DNA of 38,144 bases, taken from contig NC_068983.1 in the NCBI RefSeq assembly GCF_001194135.2, forward strand, positions 160,653,678 through 160,691,821, read 5' to 3'. The position numbers and the translations under genes are program-made. The first letter of the stretch is position 1. Every line of letters starts with the position of its first letter. Below the pieces are notes generated by a model, which ran no database searches, was not told the DNA's origin, and worked only from the letters and a program-made list of their open reading frames with translations. This document shows, piece by piece, positions 1 to 10,214 of this stretch. Source of the stretch: Octopus bimaculoides. Lineage: Eukaryota.

Positions 1-244
1 TATATATACATATACATAGACATACATACATATATATATAAATATATATATCAGAATAAGCAACAAGGATATCCAAAGTTAATGCAGTACGATCGTTTCA
101 TGTAACTCCATTTATTTAAGCAATGTGAACATTACATCAAATGTAAAATGCAGAGCAATCCTCAGGCATTTTGCTAAAAAAAATTTTGCTAAAATTGCTT
201 TCTTTTCAGATATCATCAGAAAAATGTAATTAAAATTCCTTAAA

Positions 245-1232
245 ATGACAGATCTACTGGACTTACAAAGAGGTCAAATTGTTGGTGCTCGTATGGCAGG
301 TGCAAGCATAACAAAAGCAGCAGAAATGTTTGGTTATCAAGAAATACTGTTTCGAAAGTAATGACACCTTTGAGAAAGAAGGAGAACCCTCCTCATCGAA
401 ACAAAACTCCGGAAGAAAACCAGAACTTTCAGATAGGGACCCCCGGACTCTTACACAAATTGTTAGAAAGGATAACAAAAGTACAGCTCCCAAAATTATT
501 GCAGAGCTTAATGACCACCTCAAGAAATCCAGTTTCCACAAAAACTGTTTGCCAGGAGCTGCACAAAGTTGGATTTCACGGGAGGGCTGCAATCAGAAAA
601 CCACTACTTTCAAAAACAAATGTTGTAAAGCATTTAGAGTGAAGTAAAAACCTACAGAATTGTTCCCTAGAGCAGTGGAAGAATGTTATTTTTTCAGACG
701 ACTCATCCTTTACTTTCTTTCTGACCACTGGCCAAGGATACATGTGGAGACACCCAAAAGAAGCATTTGACCCATACTGCCTTCTTCCAACTGTTAAACA
801 TGGAGGAGGATCTGTGATAATCTGGTGGGCTATGTCTTGGAAATCCGCTGGCCCAATGGTTTCACTTCATGGTAGAATTGATAGTCAAGACTGTTTAAGC
901 ATTTTATCTGATCAAATTCATCCTATGATAATGCACCAATCCACACAGCAAAAGTTGTTACTAAATAGCATGAAGAACATTCTAGTGAAGTTGAACATTT
1001 TGTATGGCCACCAGAGTCCCCAGATCTCAATATTACTGAACATTTATGGTGCATTTTAGAAAAACAAGTAATGAGTCGATATCCTCCACCATCATCACTA
1101 CAAGAACTGGAAACTGTTTTAGCTGAAGAATGAACAAAAATTCCTTTGGAAACAATTCAAGCTTTGTACGAGTTCATACCTCATAAAATTCTAGTTGTAA
1201 TTATTGCCAAATGCAATCCTACACCATATTAA
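245..1232 (+). pseudogene. Tc1 transposase pseudogene (frameshifts, stops, internal deletion)
   Basis: Stitched frames read MTDLLDLQRGQIVGARMAGASITKAAEMFG / ...NSGRKPELSDRDPRTL / ...GFHGRAAIRKPLL...WKNVIFSDDSSF...PTVKHGGGSVIIW...HPM / DNAPIHTAK...WPPESPDLNITEHLW...PTPY*. Catalytic D at 697-699, D at 927-929, E at 1038-1040. ORF-track entries 330-647, 361-642 and 742-1059 are pieces of it. Confidence 0.93.
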
Positions 1233-1279
1233 AATAAATTTGCTTTAAAGTGTCTCCATTATTTTATCCAACCCCTGTA
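245..1279 (+). mobile_element. Tc1-family DNA transposon, DD36E-type, decayed; left TIR not seen
   Basis: Transposase remnant followed by right TIR gtgtctccattattttatccaacccctg (~1250-1277) and TA (1278-1279). Its reverse complement, TACAGGGGTTGGATAAAATAATGG, is a typical Tc1 end. No matching left TIR upstream of 245. Confidence 0.92.
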
Positions 1280-1280
1280 A

Positions 1281-1337
<57 letters not shown>

Positions 1338-1445
1338 GACACACACACACTCATATATGTATAGACAGATAGGTAAACAGACACAGACAGAGAAATAGAT
1401 AGATAGATAGATAGATAGACAGACAAGGTAAGAATTGTAATATAT

Positions 1446-1478
<33 letters not shown>

Positions 1479-1487
1479 GTTTAACGT
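1280..1487. repeat. Compound microsatellite (CA)n/(TA)n/(GATA)n/(CAT)n ending in a short RTE-tail remnant
   Basis: Direct reading. catcatcatcgtttaacgtc is the reverse complement of the RTE 3' terminus seen at ~3057 and ~28536. Confidence 0.9.
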
Positions 1488-1917
1488 CATATATATATGT
1501 GTATATTAGCATGTCTTATATACATGGCACAAACATTATTTGACTTTGAAGATAATACTTCAGGTAGAATGAAAAGAGATGTGGTTTATTATATAAAAAA
1601 GTTGCATTCTACTTTCAGTTTCACCTGGCATCTGGTGTAATTTCTTTTACATAATAAACACATATACATATGAGTGTTTTTGTGTGTGTGTCTATGTCAG
1701 TGTCCATATCTACGCTTCTGTCAACTTGCGTAAAATTAGTGTTGTATCAAAAAAAGTTATGTAGTGATTCAATGTATTACATTATGTGTTATAACAATTA
1801 TATTATATTTTATTATATTACATTCTACTATATTATATTATACTATATATTATATCATATCATATTATATTATGTTATATATTATATTAGATTAGATTAT
1901 ATTGTATTATATTCTAC

Positions 1918-2146
1918 CTTTTATCTTTTGCTTGTCTCATGACAGGGCACGGCTATGATGGGTATCGCCTTGATGGGCACCATCTTGAAAAATTTTTAGA
2001 CGAATGAATCGACTCCGGTACTTTTCTTTTTTAAGCTTGGTGCTTATTCTATTGGCTATTTTGTTGAAGTGCCAAGTTACAGGGCTATAAACACACCAAC
2101 ACCAGTTGTCAAGTGGTGGTTGTGGGCATCAAACACAGACACAATG

Positions 2147-2209
<63 letters not shown>

Positions 2210-2355
2210 GGGTTTCTTTCAGACTCCATCTACCAAATCTACTCAGAAAGCATTGGTCAGCCCAAAACTTATACAACACTCACCTAAGGTACCAAACAGA
2301 AGGGCTGAATCTGGAACCATCTAAATGGGAAGCAAACTTCTTACCACATAGTCAC
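1918..2355 (-). mobile_element. tRNA-derived SINE (family A) with internal (CA)n
   Basis: Minus strand: head gtgactatgtggtaagaagtttgcttccc...ggttccagattcagccc, body homologous to 33369-33941 and 35623-35776, central (CA)n at ~2150-2206, (AAAAGAT)-type tail. Confidence 0.75.
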
Positions 2356-2372
2356 AAATGTATGTACGTATG

Positions 2373-2455
2373 NNNNNNNNNNNNNNNNNNNNNNNNNNNN
2401 NNNNNNNNNNNNNNNNNNNNNNNNNNNNNNNNNNNNNNNNNNNNNNNNNNNNNNN
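2373..2455. other. Assembly gap (83 N)
   Basis: N run. Confidence 1.
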
Positions 2456-2684
2456 CTTTTATCTTTTGCTTGTCTCATGACAGGGCACGGCTATGATGGG
2501 TATCGCCTTGATGGGCACCATCTTGAAAAATTTTTAGACGAATGAATCGACTCCGGTACTTTTCTTTTTTAAGCTTGGTGCTTATTCTATTGGCTATTTT
2601 GTTGAAGTGCCAAGTTACAGGGCTATAAACACACCAACACCAGTTGTCAAGTGGTGGTTGTGGGCATCAAACACAGACACAATG

Positions 2685-2716
<32 letters not shown>
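2456..2716 (-). repeat. Identical duplicate of 1918-~2175 (3' half of the SINE) across the gap
   Basis: cttttatcttttgcttgtctcatgacagggcacggc...acacagacacaatgatatacacac repeats without differences on both sides of the N gap. Confidence 0.9.
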
Positions 2717-3066
2717 CGAAATCGTGATGGCACCTGTGCCCAGTGTCACCTTTCTGGCACTTGTGCCCACGGCATGTGTAAAGACTTTCGAGCGAGATCA
2801 TTGCCAGTGCCCCTGGACTGGCCCTTGTGCGGGTGGCACATAAAATACACCATTTTGAGTGTGGCCATTGCCAGTACCACCTGACTGGCCTTCGTGTCGG
2901 TGGCACATAAAAGCACCCACTACACTCTCGGAGTGGTTGGCATTAGGAAGGGCATCCAGCTGTAGAAACTCTGCCAAATCAGATTGGAGTCTGGTGTAGC
3001 CATCTGGTTTCACCAGTCCTCAGTCGAATCGTCCAACCGATGCTAGCATGGAAAGCGGACGTTAAA
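2717..3066 (+). mobile_element. RTE LINE 3'-UTR fragment (5'-truncated)
   Basis: Matches the 3' UTR following the RT remnant at 12019-12322 (cactacactctcggagtggttgg...aggaagggcatccagctgtagaaac) and ends ggaaagcggacgttaaacaatgatg. Confidence 0.85.
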
Positions 3067-3281
3067 CAATGATGTATCATCGTCATCATCATCATTTAGC
3101 ACCTGCTTTCCATGCTGACATTAGTTAGATGGTTTGACTAGAACTGGTTAGCCGGAGTAGTGAGTGGGATGATATGATCAATTAAAATTCCTTGAAAACT
3201 GAGCCCCACTGTGATTCAAGTCCAGTGATGGAAACCAGTAAAAGAATTACAGAATGTTAACAATAATGCTACTGCAAGTTA

Positions 3282-3345
3282 ACTACTACTACTACTACTA
3301 TTACTGCTACTACTATTATTACTGCTGTTGCTGCTGCTGCTGCTG

Positions 3346-3382
<37 letters not shown>
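3282..3382. repeat. (CTA)n/(CTG)n trinucleotide microsatellite
   Basis: Direct reading. Confidence 0.95.
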
Positions 3383-4128
3383 AGCTGCTGCCTTACCCTC
3401 CTTTCTATATTCATACAGCCAATACTATATCAGAAGCTCTGCCCACACTACTTATTATCCACTCTACAATCGCTAACACTGCCACCACATTGATTTTACA
3501 ATTTCTGTGAAAATTTACAGAATTATATCAATTATATATCCATTACTATATTTTCAGCTGCATACCTATTACCATTACCAGTTGTATGTGAGCCAACAAT
3601 GGAAGCTTCTGTGACCGTATTTCTGTTGAAATGCAGTACCTTTGCTTCAGATAATTTTCAAAATAATAAAGAATTTAGTAAAAAACTTTGTTATTATTAA
3701 GCTGGTATTTGGAATATAAATTAACATGAAATTTCAATGGAAGATTTTAATTTCAATTGCTTTAAAACAGTTTTAGGCAGGTTGGTATTAAAATGGTTAA
3801 TTTACATCTAACAGTCTTAAGAACAAGCATGTCTGTAATTACAATGAACGATGTAGTGTTAGATACATAATACCTGGGGGAAAATACAGGATAACCACTA
3901 CTTGAATGCTTTTGATCAATGGGTCTGTAGCAGAATCCTAAACACCAACTCACTGCCAAGGAATCAAACCTGAATCACTATGTTCACAAGTAAAAATAAC
4001 CTGTCAGGATTGATGCTGTCAGCAAACAAATAGTCACTCAAACCTCTAGTAGAAGTAGGATGTCATTAGCAATTTTGTCTTGGGGGGGGGGGTCTTTTTT
4101 TGAAACACATCAGCTGTGTAGAGCTTGT

Positions 4129-4193
4129 TCATCTGTTAACCATTGGACATCCACCATAACTGCTGCCGGAAGTCATATGGTGCCCATCTTCAA
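4129..4193 (-). CDS. Candidate terminal coding exon of unknown minus-strand gene: (V)EDGHHMTSGSSYGGCPMVNR*
   Basis: Acceptor tttgtttttgtcatcatattccatag. Phase-1 frame open to TGA at 4131-4129, and phase-compatible with the candidate exon 7886-7746. No homology recognised. Confidence 0.3.
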
Positions 4194-4340
4194 CTATGGA
4201 ATATGATGACAAAAACAAATTCAGTCCAGTCAACACTGGCTACTATCATTACTGGCACAACATCTCATACAAACTGCTGAACTAGTTTAATTGCCTTAAA
4301 ATATTTCTTTCCTGTCATTTGTTGTAAGGACACCTAATTG

Positions 4341-4880
4341 TCATCATCATCATCATCATTGTTTAACGTCCGCCTTCCATGCTAGCATGGGTTGGACGAT
4401 TTGACTGAGGACTGGCGAACCAGATGGCTGCACCAGGCTCCAATCCGATCTGGCAGAGTTTCTACAGCTGGATGCCCTTCCTAACACCAACCACTCTGAA
4501 AGTGTAGTGGGTGCTTTTACATGCCACCGGCACAAAGGCCAGTCAGGTGGTACTGGCAATGGCCATGCTCAAAATGGTGTTTCTTACGTGCTATCTGTAC
4601 AGAAGCCAGTCCAGCGGCACTGGCAATGACCTCGCTCAAATGCTTTTTCACATGCCACTGGCACAAGTGCCAAGTAAGGCGATGCTGGTAACAATCACAC
4701 TCAAATGGTGCAATTTACATGTCACTGGCATGGAAGCCAGACAGCTGCTCTGGCAATGATCACGCTCGGACGGTGCTCTTAGCACTCCTCTGGTACAGGT
4801 GTCATCACGATTTCGATTTCAATTGCCCCAACAGGTTTTCGCAAGCCAAGTTTAGTGTCTAATGAAGGAGAGGTTGGCAT
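4341..4880 (-). mobile_element. RTE LINE 3'-UTR fragment with (GAT)n tail
   Basis: Reverse complement of the 2717-3066 type, with more internal ~50-bp units and a (CAT)n tail at 4341-4359. Confidence 0.85.
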
Positions 4881-5457
4881 GGATTCCAGTCGTCGAATTT
4901 GGTTGTGGTATTTGGAATTTCATACAGACTTCTTGTTCATTTATCTCTTAACTCAACCAAGGTATGTTTATTATGCTGATAACAACCAAATCAAAATATT
5001 CTACCATTAGAAGTGTGCTGAATAAGGACTAACCTAGGGTTAAACAACAGAATCAATTGTAAATCTACTAACATTGCTACTTTATGAATTCCATGAGCTC
5101 TAGCAATGCAGTAGGTAGCATTTTATACTATCATACAATGGTCACTATACCATACTACCATTACAATACCATTAGTTCTATATTTGTTCTAGCTATCACA
5201 CCCTCATCTTAAGTTGTAGTTCAGCTTTTAATTGAATTTTATTTTCTATATTCTGCATCTAGATTTACATGAACCATCCTTGACTGTATGTAATAACATT
5301 GTCAAGGATTATTCAAACAATCTCCAGTATAGCTGTGATTGTAAACAATGCTTCTAGTGTACAGCTACTTTCCTGAAACAGGAAAATTGGTTACTTGAGA
5401 TTAAGTATTATATAGAACTGAATAAATACAAACAGCTGAGGACATGATTGAATGATG

Positions 5458-5550
5458 ACTGTGGTGGTGGTGGTGGCGGCGGCAGTGGCGGCAGTGGCGG
5501 CAGTGGCGGTGGCGGCAGTGGCAGTGGTGGTGGCGGCGGTGGTGGTAGTG
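5458..5550. repeat. GC-rich (GTG/GCG/GCA)n repeat with ggcggcagt 9-mers
   Basis: Direct reading. Confidence 0.9.
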
Positions 5551-6022
5551 AATGTGACCGTTGTTGTAATCATTTTAACATATAACTTTTTCCAGTGCTA
5601 GCATGGGTTTGATAATAAGTAGTATTGCAAACTACCTTTTAATTCTGTGTTGTTTTTCATTTGTGACACATCCTGAGGTCTGACCTCAACACGTCTTTCA
5701 GCCTATCAGCACATGACATGTATTTGACCAATAGATATTGTCTATTGTTGTGTCATATTCATGTCACTACGGCCACCTTTCTTGCACACATAGCCTAATG
5801 ACTTTCGTGGCAAACTACTATCTCAGTTCACTTCTGTTCTACCATTTATACAACACCTTACATTACATATATAACAAATAATTTCTCTCAACTCCTTTCT
5901 TTCCAGTTTCAGTAGATCTTCTTGATTTAATGACCATTACCTTATAACATCACTCATGTTTCATAGGGTCCACCATTTTTTCAAGAACAGATAATTTTTG
6001 CATCTTTCAATAAATTATCTAT

Positions 6023-6244
6023 TGCAAGGAGGTGCTGAAAAGCTCCTGGCTTTAAGAGTATTGGGAAAGGCCTTGCTGGAGACCCAACCATCTGAGTTCT
6101 TTTACAGGGCTTAGAAAAACTGAAGGATCACAGCAATAAGTGTGTAAATCTGAGGGGAGGGGAATATGTTGAATAAAATCATAATTAACTGTCTGCCTGT
6201 ATTTTCTTTTACCTAAAACCAGGAACTTTTCTGCACTCTTCATA
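6023..6244 (+). mobile_element. Mariner-derived MITE (~220 bp)
   Basis: Imperfect ~30-bp TIRs tgcaaggaggtgctgaaaagctcctggcttta / taaaaccaggaacttttctgcactcttcata. The interior retains a transposase C-terminus (...LEKLKDHSNKCVNLRG/EYVE*). Same family as 35341-35555. Confidence 0.75.
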
Positions 6245-7745
6245 TACTCAATGATAAATCATGATTTGGGGATAACATAGTGTACTGGATACCACAGAAA
6301 TTTAGATTTATGATACCTCATTAAAACATGAGATGTCTGTTGTGATTCCCTTAACAAATGGGATATGGGAATGAAATACCTTTGAAATTTTTTTCTCCCA
6401 TGAGTACATCTAGAGCAAAAGGATTTAGTTAAGCTCATCTTTATCCAAGCTGTATCAGTGATCCTATTTAACTCATGCCATATGCTAAAAATGAATCTGT
6501 CACATTTACTATGGATCTGCAGCTTATTCTTGTGAACCATACCATCACATGACACCCAGCAAATGTTCAGTGGACTTGGACATCAAGAAGGAAGTCTCTT
6601 ACTAGCACCAGTGATGAATATGAACTGCAGACTTTTCAGTCAGTAAACCGTTACCATATGAGTTAACTGTAACACTGGAAACAACCAAATGGTTAAACTC
6701 TGAGAGGTTAAAACTTCATATCACATCATAAAGAACTGGTAAGTTGGTGGGCTCAGCCAAAGAATTCCTACATCAAGTAAATGCATTTAAAGTTAATTGA
6801 AAACAGCCCAAAGAAAAATCAACTGAAGAAATAAAATTCTTTTATAACACTTTATTAAATTTCTAGCTGTGAAGTCAATCTTCAGTGCCAAATTGCCCTA
6901 GAGTAGAAAGTTCTTAAAATAGTTCTGCTCAAATGAAAAAGAATATTTCAAAAAAAAAAAAAAAAGACTGCAAAATAAAGATTAAAAATATATTATTGGT
7001 GTTATTATTGTTATTTTAGTATGACAGCTTATCTTCAGATTTCTTGTTTTATTTCTTTTTCTTTCTTTCTTCAGCAAGAAAATTAAACTAATAGTGTTTC
7101 AAAAAGATATTTTTTCATTTATAAGAACACCAGGAAAATTTAATGAACTATTATGTATTATTTAGGAAATGAAAAATATTCAGCAACAAAAATTGGTGAA
7201 AAATAAAAGGCTGCTCCATTTTTTTTTAAGAACTATATTCTAAAAAGTTAGCTGTAGCTCTCTAATAAATATAATAGGTCTGCAGAGAAGCACAGAATTT
7301 TAATTTTTCTATTTATTTATGTAAATAGTTATTTATTTTGTATCTTTAATATATCTTGAGAAGTGATTTGTTAGGGAAGGTTGTGTTGGACAGGAAATAA
7401 ATTGAGAAATATATAATGGGATATTAGTTTCAGTTACAATGAAGAAAGGTCAAAGTAGATGGAAAAGAAACTGGAAAAAAAAAACTATTTCATACAAGCT
7501 AAATGGGAAAAAATATATCCACATATATAAATACATAGATCTTTCTCTAAAGATACTGTAAGCATGCTGGTTGTTACAATAAGTCTTCAACATATCTTGA
7601 TTTATATTACTATTGAAAATATGATATCACATTGATTTGGAATCTAAATTATTTTTCCCTAAATATAATAAAGCTACTTTGTTATGGTGTAGATATTTTT
7701 CTTTGCTTTCTGTCAGTGGTAATAAGGGGGAAAAAATATGATTAC

Positions 7746-7886
7746 CATACTCAAAGTTTTGACATTTGTCTACATTAATAGCAACTTTTTGCTTGAAAAC
7801 TGGTGAAGTTTTACATAAAAAACAATTTTTAGATTTTATGCTAATATTTTTAGGATCCATCAGTTCTAAATGAGTGTTTACAAAAC
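7746..7886 (-). CDS. Candidate internal exon (141 nt, phase 1-1): (G)FVNTHLELMDPKNISIKSKNCFLCKTSPVFKQKVAINVDKCQNFEY
   Basis: Acceptor tttatttttatttattgaag, donor TATG|gtaatc, open symmetric frame lying within ORF 7627-7971. No homology recognised. Confidence 0.4.
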
Positions 7887-8058
7887 CTTCAATAAATAAA
7901 AATAAAAAAACAACACATTCAATAAATTGTAAAGAATTTTTTCTTTTGTCAAAATAACTAGCATTATTCATAGAAGAAAATTATTAGCTTTCTCAGAAAT
8001 CAGCCAGAAAGTTATTCTGTAATACACTTTGAGTAAAGCCTTCATTCAACACTAAATT

Positions 8059-8085
8059 GTATTATTGTTGTTGTTGTTGTTGTCG

Positions 8086-8158
<73 letters not shown>
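8059..8158. repeat. (TTG)n/(TTA)n microsatellite
   Basis: Direct reading. Confidence 0.95.
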
Positions 8159-8505
8159 CTGCATTTATTTTTTAATTTGTTACTTTTTCTTATTTTTTCC
8201 TGTTTTTATTTATTTTTGTTATTTTTGCAAATCTTTATCTTTCTTGATATCAGCAACTTTCATATTAGCTTACTTAAAACTCTCACTCATTCAAATTCCT
8301 TAGACTAGTGTCTGGTGTAATCTTTCACACCATACTTAAGTTGCCATTAACATGTCTAACATAGAATGATCATGTGGTAAGAATATCTATATATGTAACC
8401 AAAACAACTTAAAACTTTTTTTTATCAATTTAAAATGTAATATCTTTAAAATTAAAAATGTTGCTGTTATTTACATTATAAAACAGCATCTCTGCTAAAA
8501 ATTCT

Positions 8506-8681
8506 CAGCTGTCACTCTCTACAGCTTTCATTTCTTACAGGTGTCACTCCCTACAGCTGTCACTCTCTACAGCTGTCACTCCCTACAGCTGTCACTCTCT
8601 ACAGCTGTCACTCCCTACAGCTGTCACTCTCTACAGCTGTCACTCCCTACAGCTCTCATTTCTTACAGCTCTCATTCTGCA
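8506..8681. repeat. 16-bp minisatellite, 11 units, consensus CAGCTGTCACTC(T/C)CTA
   Basis: Units start at 8506 and every 16 nt to 8666. Units 4-9 alternate ctctcta/ctcccta, giving a 32-bp higher-order period. Confidence 0.97.
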
Positions 8682-8763
8682 TGATCACCTGCTTGTCTTT
8701 TTGCTACTGTCATCTTTTAACTTATAGTCTCCTTTTGTCACTTGTATCAACCTAACTTACAGT

Positions 8764-9151
8764 GGTGGCGCAATGGCCCAGTGGTTAGGGCAGTGGACTC
8801 GCGGTCATAGGATCGCGGTTTCGATTCCCAGACTGGGTGTTGTGAGTGTTTATTGAGCGAAAACACCTAAAGCTCCACGAGGCTCCGGCAAGGGGTGGTG
8901 GCGAACCCTGCTGTACTTTCTCACCACAACTTTCTCTCATTCTTACTTCCTGTTTCTGTTGTGCCTGTAATTCAAAGGGTCAGCCTTGTCACACTGTGTT
9001 ACACTGAATATCCGCGAGTACTATGTTAAGGGTACACGTGTCTGTGGAGTGCTCAGCCACTTGCATGTTAATTTCACGAGCAGGCTGTTCCGTTGATCGG
9101 ATCAACTGGAACCCTCGATGTCGTAAGCGACGGAGTGTCAACAGCAACAAC
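8764..9151 (+). mobile_element. Full-length tRNA-derived SINE (family B)
   Basis: A-box tggcccagtgg (8774-8784), B-box ggtttcgattccc (8817-8829), unique body, short (AAC)n tail. The head resembles 22277-22561. Confidence 0.85.
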
Positions 9152-9544
9152 TCAACTTAAACAATTTTTTTGCTTTAAAGGCAACATTGTAATAGCAATA
9201 ATAATATTAAAAAAAAGAAACGAAGGGAAAAATTATTCATATATAGCACAAAAAACAAATCAATATCCTTTCACATTTCACTATTTTATAACTTTCCATT
9301 TTACTTATAATTGCTTAAAAGTTATTTTATGTATTAAAAGTTATTTTACTAGTTATTTATTTCCATTCTATAAATGTTTAAAAGGTATTTCACAATTTTT
9401 TGTTTTCATGTTTTTTTGTTTTATAAATTTTGATCATTCTTTAATAGTTAGGGAAGGACACATTAAGGTTGTACCTGTTTTATCGAATGTTTAATATTAA
9501 GTCAGAAATACTTATGCAGTGAGGAGAAAACATTATTAGTTCAA

Positions 9545-9732
9545 TCATCGTTGACATCGTTGTCGTCATCGTCATCGTCGCTGTCATCATCATCATCATC
9601 ATCATCATCGTCATTTAGCATCAGCTTTCCATACTTTCATGGGTTGGGCAGTTTAGCAGGAGCTGGCAAACCACAGGACTGCTGCTTGTTTTGGTATGGT
9701 TTCTATGGCTGGATGCCCTTCCTAATGCCAAA
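9545..9732 (-). mobile_element. (CAT)n tail plus short diverged RTE 3'-end remnant
   Basis: ggctggatgcccttcctaatgcca is the reverse complement of the conserved RTE 3'-UTR block, next to a (CAT)n tail. Confidence 0.65.
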
Positions 9733-9738
9733 TGACTA

Positions 9739-9880
9739 ATATTGATTTCAAATTTTGGCACAAGGCCAGCATTTTCGAGGCAGGGTAAGTCGATAACATT
9801 GACCCCAGTGATCAGCTGGTACTTATTTTATCAACTGCAAAAGGATGAAAGGCAGAGTTGAATTTGAACCCAGAACATAG
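9739..9880 (-). mobile_element. SINE fragment with Meta-domain-like core (family C)
   Basis: Reverse complement contains gcctttcatccttttgcagttgataaaataagtaccagc...ctggggtcaat, homologous to 20301-20520 and 33398-33584. Confidence 0.7.
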
Positions 9881-10214
9881 AGACAAGCAGAGTATATTAT
9901 ACCCAAACATTACAGATGGTAATGGAGGACAGGAGAGCCATCAGTAATATAATATATTTTTGATGTTTTTCTTTAGTCCCAGTTTGTCCCCGGTTGAGCA
10001 GATCTATGATTGAAGGCTTTGTTTTATGCATTGTGTATCTAGGACTACATTATCCAATATGTTCTTCCACGTTTTAAGATAGAGATTTAGCTGCTACTTC
10101 TGACAGTTGTGTGACCATGTAGAGGCTCATTTATTTTTTATTGTTTTTGTTTTTGTAAGTAAAATGATATCCAACGATCCACTGCATTTTTAGGAAACCA
10201 ATGTAGACTTTGTT

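Noticed and set aside
5458-5550. Gly/Ala-rich coding segment or functional G-quadruplex
   Set aside because: No exon boundaries, and only GG runs in a simple repeat.
6380-6485. Minus-strand exon candidate IWHELNRITDTAWIKMSLTK...KFQR
   Set aside because: Requires a phase-2 entry, but the nearest upstream candidate (7746) ends in phase 1. No homology.
8506-8681. Regular array as a CRISPR locus
   Set aside because: Units are contiguous with no unique spacers, the context is eukaryotic, and there are no cas genes.
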